A stretch of DNA of 63,876 bases, filler included, from Lophium mytilinum (lineage: Eukaryota), in assembly GCA_010093605.1 (NCBI GenBank). It is 17 parts of 12 records of this genome, joined end to end, with 100 filler letters (N's around TTAATTAATTAA, not from the genome) between each part and the next. Parts side by side here need not be neighbours in the genome. Positions count along the whole stretch, not along the records: positions 37,099 to 38,926 come from MU004206.1; positions 39,027 to 40,313 come from MU004207.1; positions 40,414 to 41,494 come from MU004207.1; positions 41,595 to 47,283 come from MU004208.1; positions 47,384 to 48,589 come from MU004209.1; positions 48,690 to 50,294 come from MU004209.1; positions 50,395 to 53,012 come from MU004210.1; 10 more parts are not named here. One strand, 5' to 3'. The translations under genes were made by a program, and so were the position numbers. Positions within the stretch are counted from its first letter, which is position 1, and each line of letters starts with the position of its first letter. Below are positions 37,207-53,012 of this stretch, piece after piece. A model generated the notes under the pieces. It worked only from the letters and a program-made list of their open reading frames with translations, did not search any database and had not been told where the DNA came from.

Positions 37207-38896
37207 AGAGGTTCTAGGCTATAGTTAAATTATAAACTACTTTCTAGTAGGTTAATACTATAAGATAGAGGTATAAGGTATAGACCTTAATATACTTAAA
37301 CTATACTTATCTATTCTAGTCTAGTTAGACGTAGATAAACCTCTCTTTAAACCGGGTTAAAACTATAAAATACCCTCTACCTTTACTAGAGTATATATAT
37401 TTAAAGAGGGGGATATCTTCTACCTCTATAACTTTAAGTATATTAGTAATAATACTTTATATTTTAGCTCTATTAAACTAATACCTATAAGCTATATAAT
37501 GTTCTAGCTAATAATACTAAGCTAATAAAATAAGCGTTTTATTAATTAAAGCTGCACCTATCTATATATAGTTAGAATATAATTCTTTTATAGCCCTATA
37601 CTATAAGATATAATACTAAGATAAATTATCTAGAAGAGTTAGTAAGTATTAGCCTACTTAAAGAGGTAAGTAAGTACCCCCTCTTCTATAGATACCTACT
37701 AATATAATGTTTTTTTTCTAGCTATTTAGATAATACTATTAAGACTCTATTATCTATAATACTTATATATACGCGTTACTAGATAAAATGCTAATCTTTA
37801 CCCTTCTAAAATTCTTTTATATATATAGTCGCGTCTACTATATAGACCTAAATACTAATAAATACTTTAGCCTATAACTATTATCTTCTACTATAATATA
37901 TATAGATTGCGGATCTACTAGTCTTATAAATAAGTGCACTAGTCTAGACCTACTCTAACTAAATATAGTTAACTAGTTAATAATACTTTAAAACCTTTTA
38001 AGTAATATCTATATATAATATATTATTAATAATAAATAATAGTTAGACTATAACCTACTAAAGCCTTTTAATCTAGAGAACTTTTAGCACTTAGTTAATT
38101 TATATATAATAGAACTTACTAACTATAGAACTAATTTAGAGATAAGTAAAGTATTTAAGTTAAAATTTAAGCCTAATATAGATAATATAGAAAAGAAGAA
38201 TATAAAGATAGAGGTAGGTAAGATAGATAATACTAAAGTAGAGATAGAGGTAGATAATATAGAGATAGAGGATAGCAGGTAGAAGGCTTCTTTTAAGTAT
38301 ATTTAAGTTATATAGTAGGTAGTATATATAGTTAGTCTAGACTTCTAAATATAGTAGTTTATTCTATAATAGCGTCTATATTTAAGTATAAGATATAATA
38401 GGGTTTTAAAAATATTAATATATAAGTTAATTACTAGTAATTTAATTTTTCTTACTATCTATGCGCTTAATTCTTCTCTTTTATAGATTATTAATTATAA
38501 TTAAAGATTATATATATCTCCCTTTTATAATTAGAGTTAGCCCGCTACTTATATTATTTTACCTATCTTAATTCTATTACACCCCTTCTTATTAAGCAGG
38601 GCTACTACTTATTTAAATACCGCATAGGTATATATAAGTTAGTTATACTAGTTAAGATTTACGCCCTATAAACTATTTAAAGTAATACCTAGAGTAGCTA
38701 ATATTAGAGGCTGTATTTCTAATAATATTAAGAGGTATTCTATTAGTAGACCTACTACCCCGTTTAATAGATCTAAATTCTTTCTCTAATTCTAAAGTAG
38801 TATATATTATTCTTTACCTTTAGGCTCTAATACTAAAAGACCGCCCTTTATAGAGCCTAGTATTATCTGCAGCTTCTACTCTATTACCTTTAATAC
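37207..38896. repeat. Intron-containing gene relic, inverted copy at 62187-63876
   Basis: Reverse-complement match over 1690 bp. Intron GTAAGT..CTAAT..CTAG at ~37666-37720. Confidence 0.92.
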
Positions 38897-40413
38897 TTAA
38901 TATAATTAATTATAATTAGAGATTATNNNNNNNNNNNNNNNNNNNNNNNNNNNNNNNNNNNNNNNNNNNNTTAATTAATTAANNNNNNNNNNNNNNNNNN
39001 NNNNNNNNNNNNNNNNNNNNNNNNNNTAAGGGGGGCGGTAGTTAATACTAGTAGTAGTAACTTTATAAATTAGGTTTATGCGCTTCTAGCCTAAGGTATA
39101 TTTACTAATAGTATAGTAGAGGTAAGTATATATATATATAATAGTATTACTTAAAAGGGGGTTAAAAAACTCTTTTAAGTATCTTTATATCTCTAAGGTG
39201 TTTATAGACTATTCTATAAAGAGTAGGTCTATAACTACTACCTAGATAGCCTTAGCTATAAAGATTACTAGTAGCCCCTATAATCTATTAGAATACTATC
39301 TAATACTAGGTTAGTAACTAATCTTAGCTTAGTCTTTATCTACTCTAAAGAGATAGTTTTAATTCTTTATTAGTATTAATATAGTACTAGTAATATCTAG
39401 AGTTATAGAACTAAAACTATAGTATTCTTATATAATATTATAAGTAATCTTTATTATAGTATTATAGAAATAACTAAAAGTATTATAAATCTAGATTATA
39501 TATTATAATTAGCTATTATATAAGGTTATAGAAGTAGGGAGAGAGTAATATACCTTCTATACGTAAAAAGAGTCTAGAGTAGTAGAGATATTAGCTTAAG
39601 TATAGAATAGTTAGTTTTTATAGATATCTACCTATATTTATATTAGTACTTACTAAAATATATCTAGCCTAATACTTTTAGTCTAGGCTATAAGGTTATT
39701 ACTATATTCTCTAATTATATTAGTGCCTAATACTATACTTCTAAGTATCTAGTATCTTATTTATTCTTCTACTACTATATATTTTACCTTTATAGTTAGT
39801 ACTTTAGTATACCTATCTATACTATTCTATATCTAAATTATTTTACTATATTATTTTATACTAAGGGAGCTAATATAGTTATAGACGGGTATACCTCTAT
39901 CTATACCTAAGAAGTAGCTAGTAGAAGAGAAGAATAGTAGACCGCTTAATATAAAGGTATTAGACCTAGTTATTTAGTTAATAGCCCTATAGGCTTCTAT
40001 TCTAGCTACTATCTTATCTTAGACTATAGCGGCACCCTAATAGGTATTTATTAGTATATACTACTTAGTAGAGTAGCTATAATATATATATAAGCTAATC
40101 TTATACTTAAAGTCTATTTATATGCGGAAGTTAGTATTACTAGATTAGAAAATAGGTATATGCCTATTCTTATTCTTTATACTACATTTTCTCTTTCTAG
40201 TAAAAGATAAGGTGCGGCTAGATAGCTAAGATAATATAGTATTACTATCTTAGAATATTCTAGTAGTATATTCTCTTTTACTTATTAAGTTCTATATATT
40301 TATTATTAGTTAGNNNNNNNNNNNNNNNNNNNNNNNNNNNNNNNNNNNNNNNNNNNNTTAATTAATTAANNNNNNNNNNNNNNNNNNNNNNNNNNNNNNN
40401 NNNNNNNNNNNNN

Positions 40414-41494
40414 GCTTACTAAGATAGTAATAACTATAAGTATAGAATAAATATTACTATCTAAGAATAGAATACTACTAATACTAATATTAAGAAGCTA
40501 AATAAAAAGTATTTACTTACTAATAGTAAACTTACTAAGCTCTAGATATAGGTCTATACCCTTAACTATAAACTTAAGTCTAAGTAAATAGAGTTAGCCC
40601 GCGTACAACGCCTATATAATAAAAAGTATACTAACTTCTAGGCCTAAACCCTTTAGCTTAATAACCTAGAAGCTAAGTACTAAGAGGCCTTAACGCGGAT
40701 TACCTAGCTTAAAGCTTAAGTCTAATAGAATATATTAGTAGAATAACCTAATAATCTATATATAGATAAATACTCTAATTATAATTCTACTAATAATACC
40801 TCTCTACCGCTACTAGTAGAACTATATACCCTTAACCTAGATAAGTTCTAGTATAACTATATTCTAGAATAATACTTTACTACTACTAGAGGTAGAGGTA
40901 GAGGTAGAGATAATTTAAACCTAAGCTAACTAGGCGGTTTTACTTAGCTATAAGTCTATAGACCTATCTATTCTTAATTTAGATAATAAGGCTCTTAACC
41001 TAAGTATACCTACTTATAGAACTTTAAATTAGAAGCTTTAGTATATATAGCCTAGAAGAACTACCTAATCTACTTAGTCTAAGTAGACTAATAGATCTAT
41101 TCTATAGCTATAATCTAAATTTAACTTACTATAAGCTACTATAAAGGGCGTATATATAAGGTTATAGAAGACTATAGTCTTTTTATATCTACTAACCTAT
41201 ATTAATTACTTAAGGAACTTATTTAAGACCTAGATGCTATATTCTAGAAGAGTAACGCTGTTTATTATAACTGCCTTCTTAACTAGCTTAATAGTAAGAG
41301 TATAAAATAGTAATATAATAAAAAGATATTAGACTTTTTATAGCGTCTTAATATTATTCTTAATAGGTTAAAGTATAGTAAAATTAATAATAGCCTCGCA
41401 ACTTAATACTATTACCTTAAGAAAACGCTGCGCACTAACCTTACTAAATATATTAACTTTAGCTTATTAACCTAGTACTAGGTAAAAGATAATA
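40414..41494 (+). pseudogene. Possible retrotransposon gag relic
   Basis: Degenerate frame LDAIF..IK**YNKKILDFL*RLN resembling the Retrotrans_gag major-homology-like region. Confidence 0.35.
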
Positions 41495-44400
41495 NNNNNN
41501 NNNNNNNNNNNNNNNNNNNNNNNNNNNNNNNNNNNNNNTTAATTAATTAANNNNNNNNNNNNNNNNNNNNNNNNNNNNNNNNNNNNNNNNNNNNAGCTTA
41601 TATTACCTACTAAGCTTCTCTATCCCTTCTACTCTACTCTATAAGCTTTTTTATCTACTAGGTTTCTCTATTTCTCCCGCTCTACTCTATAGAATTTTTT
41701 TTCTACTAAGTTTCTCTATCTCTCCTACTCTACTCTATATAATAGCGCCTTAGTTCTAGTATAATCTTTTATATATATAGCTCTTAATCTTTCTAACTAC
41801 TATACGCAACTATATATCTATATTCTCTACTAGCTTTTAACTCTACTCTAACTACTACTTCTCTAGCCCTACTTTTCTTAGAAAATAAGCGGGCGGATAG
41901 AATATATACTCTATCGCCGGCGCTAGATATACTTTAATCTAGTATTATAGGGACAACCTAGCCCTTATATATACTAGTAATAGATAACTATCTACTATAT
42001 AATAACGCGGTAGAGAGAGGGAAAATAAAGCTACCCCTACTCTAATATCTCTAACTCTCCTTATAGTACTGCGTAAAATTATCTAGAATTATATAAGATT
42101 ATCTATAATTATTATAGCGTGCCCCCTATATTCTTATATTCTAAAAGAGACTCTAGCCTATTTCTTTAAGTATATTTTAGGTCCTGTAACTGCCCTACTA
42201 GATAGAGAGTATATATTTTTATTGCCTTTTAGCGCATAAGTATACTATAGGCTAGGTTATAAAATAATAGTATTCTAACTTCTAAGGTTAGAAGTATAAT
42301 AGAAGAGACTATAAATAGAGGAGCAGCAACCTAAAATATAGATAGAAGAAGTAAAGCGTACTAATATAGAGGGAAATAAGAGATATAGAAGAAGTAAATA
42401 GAAAGAAGGGGCTATAGAGGCGGTAGTATTATAGCTATAATACTAGAGGCTATTCTATAATATAGATATAAAAGACTACCGCCGGAGCTTATATTAGTAG
42501 TAGAATAGTTATATACTTTTTATTATTTATAGATAGTTATATACTGCGGCCTAACTCTTAAATAATAGGTCTTAGTAGTAATATAGTAAGAGTCTACCTA
42601 AGAATATATTAAGTATTCTAATTATAATTTATAAGCTAGACCTAGCGCTAAATTATAGAATAGATAGATTATATCTTTTCTACCTATCCTCTATATATCT
42701 ATTAAATCTACTTTTTAACTACTATAGCTCTAACTTTACCGTACTAACTATTTATAGGATAAAGATTAGACGTTCTAGCCTAAGTACTTACTATCCCTAC
42801 TTACTTCCACCCCCGCCTTGCACTACTATAGAGAGGGAAGAGCGGTAAATAGAATTATTTTATAGTAGAATGTAGGCGGCATTATATATAGGGTATATAT
42901 ATATTAGCTCTAGCACTACTAAAGCTAATTAGGTAAAAGATACTATAGAACTAAATTATTAATAGTTTAAAATAATAGATAATAATTAAGTGTTATTAGG
43001 CTATATAGTATATAGGTAAACTACTACTAGTCTATATAGTAATATTACCTGCGCTAGTAGTTTATATAGATGTTGCGTAATTTACGCGGTTTACTAGAAG
43101 TTTACGCTGTTCGCTGCTAAGTACTAATAGCTCTAACTTTTGCAGTTTTAGGTTTTTCTAATATTACTAAAACTATATATATTAAATTTAAGTATAGCTA
43201 TAATATTAATACTACTAATTACTATATCCCCCGCAACTTAGATATTACTAGAAATAGTTTAGCTACTCTCTATAGTAACTATAAGTATATAGAGTTATTT
43301 TTAGATAGTTAGATACTAAGTAGTTCTAGGCTTAAGCGTCCTAAGCTACTATATAACCTTATTATAGATAATACTAGGCTAAATAGAATTATATATTAAC
43401 TTAGTATATAGCTAGATAATATTAAGTATCTATTAAATTAGTTATACTTTCTTTTTTATTTATAGCTTTTATACCTTCTTCTCTACTAGTAGTTTCTACT
43501 TTCTTTATTTCTTTTACTCTACTATCTCTTCTAGCTATTTCTATCTTTTTACTTTCTCTTTAGTTATAGTCTTAGCTAGCTTTCTCTTCTTCTATTCTAT
43601 CTACTTCTTAGCCTTTTCCGCTATTACTATATCTACTAGCTCTCTCTTCTTTATCTTTTTTTTCTTTATCTCTTTCTTCTTTTTTTCTTTCTCTACTTTT
43701 ACTATTTCTACTAGCGCTTTCTCTACTAGCGCTTTCTCCGCTAGCTCTTTTTCTACTAACTCTTTCTTCTTCTTCTCTTTTTCTTTCTTTTCTCTCTCTG
43801 CTTTTACTATTTCTACTAGCTCTTTCTTTTTTTTTTCTTTCTCTTCTTTTACTATATCTACTAGCTATTTCTACTTCTTCTCTTTATTCTAGTCTATAGT
43901 AGAATTAACCTTATCTATATTAGCTATATATATATCTAGACTTATAATTAAGTTAATAATTATTTTATTTAGAGTATTAGCGGCGGTAGATTTAGGTAGA
44001 CTCTTAGCCGCGGTAGCCTTAGGCTTACTACGGCGGGGGCGTTTCTTAGCCGGGCAGATACTAGAGGGCGGGGACTTAAGAAAGTATAGACCTAGCTATA
44101 TATTAGTTAGTAGTAATATTTAATAATTAATAATAATTAATATATATCTAGTCTTAAGTTTAAATATTATCTTTCTAATATTAAGGCCCTTTACTATAAA
44201 ACTAAGTACTATCTCTTTAGATATACTTTTTATTTCCTCTAATAGTATAGTTAAATAGAAGTTATTCTCTATTAACTTCTAGGTTCTATTAACTATAATA
44301 ACGTGCTCTAGAGGGTTAAAGTCTATAAAAGTTCTATTAATAGCTTCTAGAAACTTTATAAAGCTATAGTCTTCTAGCTTTAGGCCTTTACTACTAGACC

Positions 44401-47400
44401 TTATAAAATAGAGAGTAAAAAGGCGTCTAGTACTTTTCTACTATAGTAGCTAGTATATTATAGTAAGAACTATATATAATAGCTAGGGCTTAAATAGAGT
44501 ATTTTAGGTAGTAATATCTAGAAATTTTATTAAAGAGCTAAGGCCTACTAATATAACTAACTTTATAGATAAAGCTAACTTAAACTGCTTCTACTTCTTA
44601 TTACTTTTAATAATACTACTCTATATTTTATATTTCTTATAGACTTTATACTAGATTAATATTTAATATACTTACTTCTACTTAGCTAATATAGAAGACT
44701 TCTTAAATATATAACTCTATATATCTATAAAAAGCGTATATATTTTAAACTAAGTATCTAAGTAGATATTATTCTTACTATAGTTATTTTAGCCTAGTTA
44801 TAAGAGATATTTTACCTATAGATATACTTTAAAGTTCTCTATTAGTATAAATAAGTTAGCTTTTATCTAGTACTATACTTTAGAAGCTAGACCTAAGCTA
44901 GCTATAATATTTATTTAACTTAAGTAGCCTTTAGAGTTCTTAGTAAAATTAGATACTATCTTACTTTATATAGATATATTGCGTAGTAGGTCTACTAGAG
45001 GTATTATAGCCTTTCCCTAAGTAGGTCTAGAGTATTAGTAGCTACTATAGAGAGGCTAGCAGCTATAGTAGTTATCTAGCTTATCTAGCTTTAAATTACT
45101 ATTATAGTCTACTTAACTAGAGTCTATACTTAATAACTATTTATCTAGGTTAAACTTCTTATTATTTTAATTATTAGGGAGGCGTTATTAGTAACTAGTG
45201 CGTTAACCTAATTCTTTAGCTATATTAGGTAAATAAGATAAAAAGTTAGAATATAAGAAAGGTAGATAGAAGGGGGTAGAGTTAGTAGATAGAATAGCGT
45301 TATATAGTAATGCAGGTAAGAGCGGGCGGAAGGCTAATAATATTAGATAAATAGTAATAGTAAGTAATAAGTAAGATAGTTACTTACCTATAAAGTTATA
45401 ATAGTAGATACTACTTATAGTATAATTAACCTTAGAATTACGCGTATTAAAAAATAAGATAACTATAGTAGAAGATATATAAATCCGCGCGCGCTAGTAA
45501 TAGAAGTAGCTACTTTTAGTTATACTTTTAAATAGGTATAATATCTATTAAAGAAGTACTTATAGAGTAGTACTAGAAATATAGTAAGCGCAGGTAAGTT
45601 TAAGGTATAGAGAAGAAAGTTAGCATATAAAAGAGGAAGAAGAAGAAGAAGAAAAAGAGAAAAGAGAGAGATAGAGGAGGAGGAGAATAAGGGAGGAAAG
45701 ATAGATAAGAATAGTAGATAAGAATTAGAATTAAAAGGCTAGATAGAAGATAAAGTTTAAAGTAGTATATAATTAAGTATATAATTAGTAAATAGGCTAT
45801 ATTATAATATAATAGAAGTAAAGAGTTATATAGCTTAAAAAACTCTACTACTTAATAATTAGTAATAATTAGCCTCTACCTTAATATTTATCTATACCTA
45901 TTAGCTTTTAGTAACACTTAATAGATTAGTAATAACTTCTACCTAATATTACCTTCTACTTGCCTAGGTTAGTTAATATAGGGAGAAAGGCTAATTTCTA
46001 TATATAGGTGCCCCCCCCTATTATTTAAGTTAGTATTATAAGCTCTACTAAATTAGCGGCTAATAGATTAAGGTTCTTAAAATAGAAAGAGAAGTTAGCT
46101 ATAGCTATCTAAAAAGGTACTATACTGCTTATTATTATCTAAGCTACTACGCGCCTCTCTACCTCTAATAGTAGCTTATTATCTACTAAAGTTACACCCT
46201 ATAAGCTAGTAGGTAGTAGCACTAATTTATATATTTTCTTACTATCTACTCTTTTTATAAGTATTACTAATTTAGCTTATACTATAGAATAGCTTACTTA
46301 CCTACTTTCTCCCTTACTAAATAAGTACTCTTACCCTCTAGCCTTTTTACTAGCGCGCACACCGCCTCTATATAGAGAACGCCTACTTTAACCTACCTAG
46401 AAAGACTAGCATTACCTACCTATATATTTATTATACTCCTTATTTACTTACTTACCCCTACTAGCGCTAGGCTAACTATAGTCTATATTTAACTAGCCTA
46501 TATATCTCTCTCTCTTATAGCCCTCCGCTACTCTAGGCGGCGCTTTCTAGAGGCTCTACTTAGTAGTTTCTGCTCTCTCTCTATCTCTTATAGCTTGCGC
46601 TCTAATAACTAGGTTAGCGCGCTTTTTTTTGCGGATTTAGCCTTTCTAGAAGTAGTAGAATTATATAGTTATATCTTATAGGCCACGCCTCTAGAATATA
46701 TATAAATTAGTAATACTTAGGTTTACCTATTATAGTATGCTATAAGGCTAACCCTTAAGTATAGCTTAAAATTAGTAGAGGCAGGTTAAAAGTAGATAAG
46801 AAAGATAATAGGGCAATACTTAGATATTTAGGGGACTAATTAACTACTATATAGTACTTATATTCTACTAGATAATTTAGCCATTAAATGCGCATTTAGA
46901 TAAAAGCCTCTTAATATAACTAATATCTTACTAGACGCAATAGTACTTAGTTCTAATCTAATTATTAGCCTAATATTATACTAGCCTTAACTCTAACCCT
47001 CTAGAAGGTAGCTGCCGCTATAGTAACTTACGCCTTCTATAATAATAGCTAATATACTACCGGCGCATATTAGACTAAAGCCCTAAACTCTTTTAATAAT
47101 CTACTTACTATTAAATTACGGCCTTTTCTCTAACCCCGACTATTTTATTTAGAATATAAGCGTATCTACCTATACTAATACTAACTAACTATTTAAATAT
47201 ATTAGGCCTAATAGTAATATATAGTCTAGAATAGTAAAGGCTAATATACTTTAAATAGAGACTAAGTAGTAAGTCTAGCTTATNNNNNNNNNNNNNNNNN
47301 NNNNNNNNNNNNNNNNNNNNNNNNNNNTTAATTAATTAANNNNNNNNNNNNNNNNNNNNNNNNNNNNNNNNNNNNNNNNNNNNGGATTTTAAGATAGTTT

Positions 47401-48149
47401 ATATATATTTTTTTCTCTTTTTTTATATATTACTTTACTAATTCTTATCTTATAGATACTATATATAACTTTATTAATTCTCTATACTTTAAATTAGATA
47501 AGAAGTATATTTTTATCTATTATTAGCCTATAGATTAGATATATAATATATCTAGAGGTTCTAGAATCTTTCTCTAAAATAGTAAGAAATAATACTAAGG
47601 TTAAATAAAGAAAGAGAATTATATACCTATTAATATATATCTATAAGCTAGTAGGCGTATTATTAGATATATAATACGCCTAGACTAAGGCTATAAGTAT
47701 CTAGATAGCCGCCTTAGTATTAAGTAGAAGATAAAGTTTAGTATAATAGTAGTATATATTTTACTAAGTTTCTAAGTATAGATTTCTACCTCTATAATAA
47801 TTATATAGAGTTCTACTTTAAGTAGTAAATAGATTAGATAAATATAATTAATTTAGTCCTTATTTAAATAAAATTAATAGAAATTTAAATAAGTTATAAT
47901 TTTTTTTATAATAGACTATATAAAATAGAAAGTTTATAGAAGGGCTATATAGCCTTACTATAAATCTACTTAAGAGTAATAACTTAGTTAATTATTATAG
48001 AATAGTTACGCGCTTTTAATAGGTTAACGGCGTATATACAGGCTAATAGCGTACTTAATTATAGCTAGATTATATTAGTAAATTTAAGAGATTTGCGTAC
48101 TAAAGGAAGTATAATAGCTAGAGGCGCGGACTATTTTTATACTCTAGGC

Positions 48150-48589
48150 CTATATACCTTATTTAACCGTAAATCTCTTAAATCTACTAATATAATCTAG
48201 CTATAATTAAGCGCGCTATTAGTCTATATATATACTATTAACCTATTAAAAGCGCGTAAGAATTAATAAATATTTAAGTAAAAAGAAAGCGGTCTAGCTA
48301 GAAATTAAACTATAAAAAGAGTACTACTATCCCCCTACTTCCTATACTTCTATAGATTAAATTTCTATAATAAAAACTCCTTAAGCTTATTATATTAAGA
48401 ATTTAATCTATAGAAGCACTATACTAACTACTAAGCTATACTAGAACTAGATAAATTTACTTATAAAATATTCTATATATATACACCTTTAAACTATAAA
48501 TCTCTTAAATCTACTAATATAGTCTAGCTATAATTAAGCATGCTATTTACCTATATATATACTATTAACCTATAAAAAGTATATAAGAA
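48150..48589. repeat. ~100-bp direct repeat, spacing ~327 bp
   Basis: AAATCTCTTAAATCTACTAATAT...CTATTAACCTAT at ~48171 and ~48498. Confidence 0.8.
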
Positions 48590-48689
48590 NNNNNNNNNNN
48601 NNNNNNNNNNNNNNNNNNNNNNNNNNNNNNNNNTTAATTAATTAANNNNNNNNNNNNNNNNNNNNNNNNNNNNNNNNNNNNNNNNNNNN

Positions 48690-50294
48690 TAAATATATTA
48701 CTAATATAGTAGTATTTACTGCCTAGATAGATACTATTAATATAATAGTAGTAAACTATATTACTAAGCTTAAGGCCTATAGTAAAGCTTTAGCTAAGTA
48801 TATTACTAAGCTTAAAGCCTATATTAAGAATATTAAGAAAGCTCTTACTACTACTAAAGTCTATATTAATAGTCTCTAGAATACTACTATCTATAGCTCT
48901 ATAGCCTATACTAATAGCCCTTTCTTTAAGATTACTATATAGCTTACTACTACTATAAACTATTAATATAAGCTTATAGCCTATATTATAGCTAAAGAAG
49001 GCGCTAAGCTAGAATATTACCCTTCTATTCTACCTAGCTATAACTACTTACGCGGCTACTAGTAATATAAACTCTTACTACCCCGCCGCCCTAATAAGCC
49101 CCTTTATAGTTAATAGAACTATATATACTCTACTAGGGGCGGTAATAGACCCCCCTCTAATTCTTATAATAGTAATAATAATAAGAACTCCTATAACTAT
49201 AATTTAATTTACGCCTTTTAACCGCATATACTACCTTATATAGAACTAGATAGTACTCTATTACCTCTATATAATATTAACTATAGAAGCCGCGCTAATT
49301 AAAATAAAAATAAGACTATACTATACCCCCCTAAGTATAATAGTAATAAAGCTAAGTATATTATCTAGTATTACTAGGTTCTTAATAAGTTTATCTATAG
49401 TAGTTACCTATACTAATATAATAAAGGCTTCCACCTCTACTTTCTTAGTATATATTTTACTAGTATACCTCTTAGTAACTATATAGCGCGGATAATAGGC
49501 TATTAGCCCTTTTATACTCTTAATAAAGCTATTAAGCGCCTTAATATTAAGAATCTACTATATAACTCTAAAGCTATTACTTTCTAGTAACTTAACTAAC
49601 TAATATAGAGTAATAATAATCTTAATATATTCTATATAAAGTACTAAGCGCTTATAGTATAACTACTAAATTAAGAATACTATTAGAATATTACTGCGCT
49701 TAAAGTAAAGATCCGCCTAGGTATTACTAAGCCTATAGGCGTTCTAGGGAAATATTATAAGAAGAAATATAAAGTTATTAATATATACTATAACTAGCTT
49801 CTTAATTAGGCTAGTAGACTATATCTAGCTATACTAATAATATAGTAACTAGCCTAGATAATATAGCTAATAGCCTAATAACCTCTAAACTAGTAATAAT
49901 AGCTATTATAGAGGCTACCGCGGTAATAAGCTCTAGAACCCTTTTAACTAGACCCTAATAAATTAGTTCTAGGCTACTTAAAACTAGGTTACTTAGAACT
50001 AAGGCTACTAGAATAACTATAGCTAAGGATAAACCTAGACTATAATAAATATATCTAGCTAGAATTACTAAATATCTATACTATAGATATATAAAGTTAT
50101 AAACTTCCCTATTAATATTTCTACTAACTAGTAGCGCCTAGCCCTAGGCCGTCTTATAGATAACTAAAAGTATTAACTTATAAGTAAGAATTACTACTTC
50201 TACTATTAACTTATTAGTTATATATCTACTAACTAGTAGTACTCTATAGAGCGCTCTATACTTACCCTATATAGTATTAGTATATATTCTAATA
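48690..50294 (+). pseudogene. Probable retrotransposon gag relic
   Basis: Coiled-coil region, then PPKYNSNKAKY..* (P.xYDG...W-like) and L*LI*S..L..FY..Y..L patterns. Confidence 0.5.
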
Positions 50295-50394
50295 NNNNNN
50301 NNNNNNNNNNNNNNNNNNNNNNNNNNNNNNNNNNNNNNTTAATTAATTAANNNNNNNNNNNNNNNNNNNNNNNNNNNNNNNNNNNNNNNNNNNN

Positions 50395-53012
50395 CCCTAG
50401 ATAATAAAGAAGAAGAAGACCTAGATAACTTTATACGCATTCTCTACTAACTTATTAAAATTACTATTAACGCTATAGTACTAATAGTATAGCCCTTATA
50501 GTACGTATTACTATTCTAGACTAAGAAGTACTTAGAAAAGGTGCATAAGACTAGGTAGATATATAGAATATAGCGCTTATTACACTCTATAGAGGACTAG
50601 ATATTATACTAGGTCTAGTATAACTGTAAGAAAAGAGCTATATAGAAAGAGAGTACTAAGGTATAGCGCTATATAGTAGAGAAGGTAATAAATAACTCTA
50701 AAGGGGCATAGAAACTAGCTAAATAGGGCCGCACAGTTAGAAAGAAATTAAGGCCCCCTTCTTAATTTCCCCCCCTTTTCTAGCTAGGTAACCCCACCCT
50801 ATATATAGATAATAAGATAAAAGCATATATACTTACTAAATAGTTCTTTCTACTACTAGTAGAAGCTAATCTATCTAACCTAGAAGGGTTCTAATACCTA
50901 GAACTATATACTACCTCTATAGAAGTTACTATAGAAGATATACTCTTAGCACTAATAGAAATTACGCTAGATAAGGCCTCTAGAATTATAGGAATTATAA
51001 ATAGATTTCTAAAGAAGTATAAGATATAACTAGTACTAGTACTTACCTGCTTCTTTATAAAGTGCCTATATAGAGGATACTACCTCTACCCATTTAAAGA
51101 ATTAATTATAGTAGTTCTACGTAAACTCTAGAAAGCGTTCTATATAATAGTAAAAGCCTACAGGCCTATTATACTGCTAGAAATAATAGGTAAGCTATTT
51201 AAGCGCATTATAGCTAAGAGGCTCTCTAAGATAGTAGAGAAAAAGAGTATACTACTATCTAGCTAAATAGGGGTACGGCCGAAACGCTCTATATAGATAG
51301 CACTTAAACTCCTTATAGAATAAATCTATACTATATAGAAAGGAAACCTATAGCTTATAGTATTACTTCTTAGCCTAGATATATTAGAAGCGTTTAATTA
51401 AGTCTTATATAAATAAATAATATATAACCTACAGGTCTAGAGTATACTAGAGTAGATAATAAGGTTTACTAGGTCCTTTTTATAAGACTATATAACTAGG
51501 CTCTCTATAGAAAGCTATATAGTAGAACTAATTATAGTTACTATAGGCATTCTATAGGGCTCCTTTCTATTACCTATTCTCTTCCTCTTCTTTACTAGTA
51601 TACTACTACTAACCCTTTAGAATAGTAATATAACAGCCTACGGGTTTATAGATAATATAAATATTCTTATATATAGTAGAACTATAGAGGTAAACTATAG
51701 GGCTATTAAGAGAGCCTATAATAGATATATAGAATAGATAAGAAAGTATAGTATAGTATTTATACTAGATAAATATTACCTAATATACTTTATAAAAGCC
51801 TATAAAGAAGTTAATCTAAGAGCTATAGTTAATATATAAGGCTTTATAGAGGGCCCTATAATAAACCTAAGAGTACTAGAGGTATAGGTAGACTTAAAGC
51901 TTAAATAGGGCCCGCATATTAGTATTATAAAGAATAAAGCTATAACCTAGATAGGGGTACTTACGCGGCTTATAGCATCTACCTAGGGCGCTAGCTTTAG
52001 AAAAGTACACCTAATATACTTAGTAGTAGTCTAGCCTACTATTATATATAGATGCACTACCTAGTACACTATACTAGGCATGCTAGAGCAGCTTAGTAAG
52101 ATAAAAATTAAGTAGCTTAAAATAACCTAAAACTAATACCTCTAGAGAATCTTAGAGGCCTATAAAACTATAAGTACTATAGTACTAAAATATAAAATAT
52201 TATACCTACTACTCTAGCTAAAACTAGAGAAACTTATAGTGGCTTACGCGGACTACACGCGTAAAGGGCTAACACGCTAGTATATTAAAATAGTATGCAG
52301 TAATATATAATAGAAAATCTATACCCACTATAGGCTACTTATAAGGCTAAAGTATAGCTCTAGCCGCTATAATATACTCTATAATCTTGTAGTAAAGGCT
52401 ATAAAATTATATACTAGGTATAAAGATAAATTAGATAAAGCCTATAAGCGCTTAAGGCGATTTACAATTAAATATAAATATAAAGAAAGGTAGAAGAAGG
52501 TATAGAAGTTCTTTTATAAAATAGAATAGCGCAGGCTACTAACGCCGGCCTTTAATACTAAATAGAGTAAATAATAGAAGACTATATATAAAGGGCTTAT
52601 AAAGGTTAAAAGTACTATTCTTATAAACCTATAAATAGAGTATATAGGGCTTAATAGATACCTGCACTATATATAAATGCTAGGCTACCTAATACTAGCC
52701 TGCCCCTATAGGCACGGCCTCTAATTACTACACTATATAGTAATAAACTGCAAGAGGTATATAGAGAGTAGAGGTAAACTATTTAAGAAAGTAAAGACTT
52801 AGATATATAAGAAAATATATAAAAGTAAAAAGAGACCTAAGATAGTAGCTAAGTAGTTTCTATAGAAAATAGACCTACTACCCTACCTCTTAATAGTAAG
52901 AGAGATAGAAAGAGAGTAGACCTAGCCCTCCCGCTTAATACTATAGCCCTACTATTACCTATAACCTTACTATAACTAACAGCCTTACTATAACTAATAG
53001 CCTTACTATTAC
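50395..53012 (+). mobile_element. Tad1-like LINE, 3' part (ORF2 reverse transcriptase), RIP-inactivated
   Basis: LDKASRIIGIINRFL, VVLRKL*K..KAYRPIILLEIIGKLF, GIL*GSFLLPILF, GFIDN; C-terminal CPYRH..HYIVINC zinc motif; 3' tail of CCTTACTATAACTAA(C/T)AG repeats. Confidence 0.93.

Noticed and set aside
44900..47283. GC-richer patches and relic frames
   Set aside because: No recognisable protein motif after manual translation of parts of it; left unannotated.
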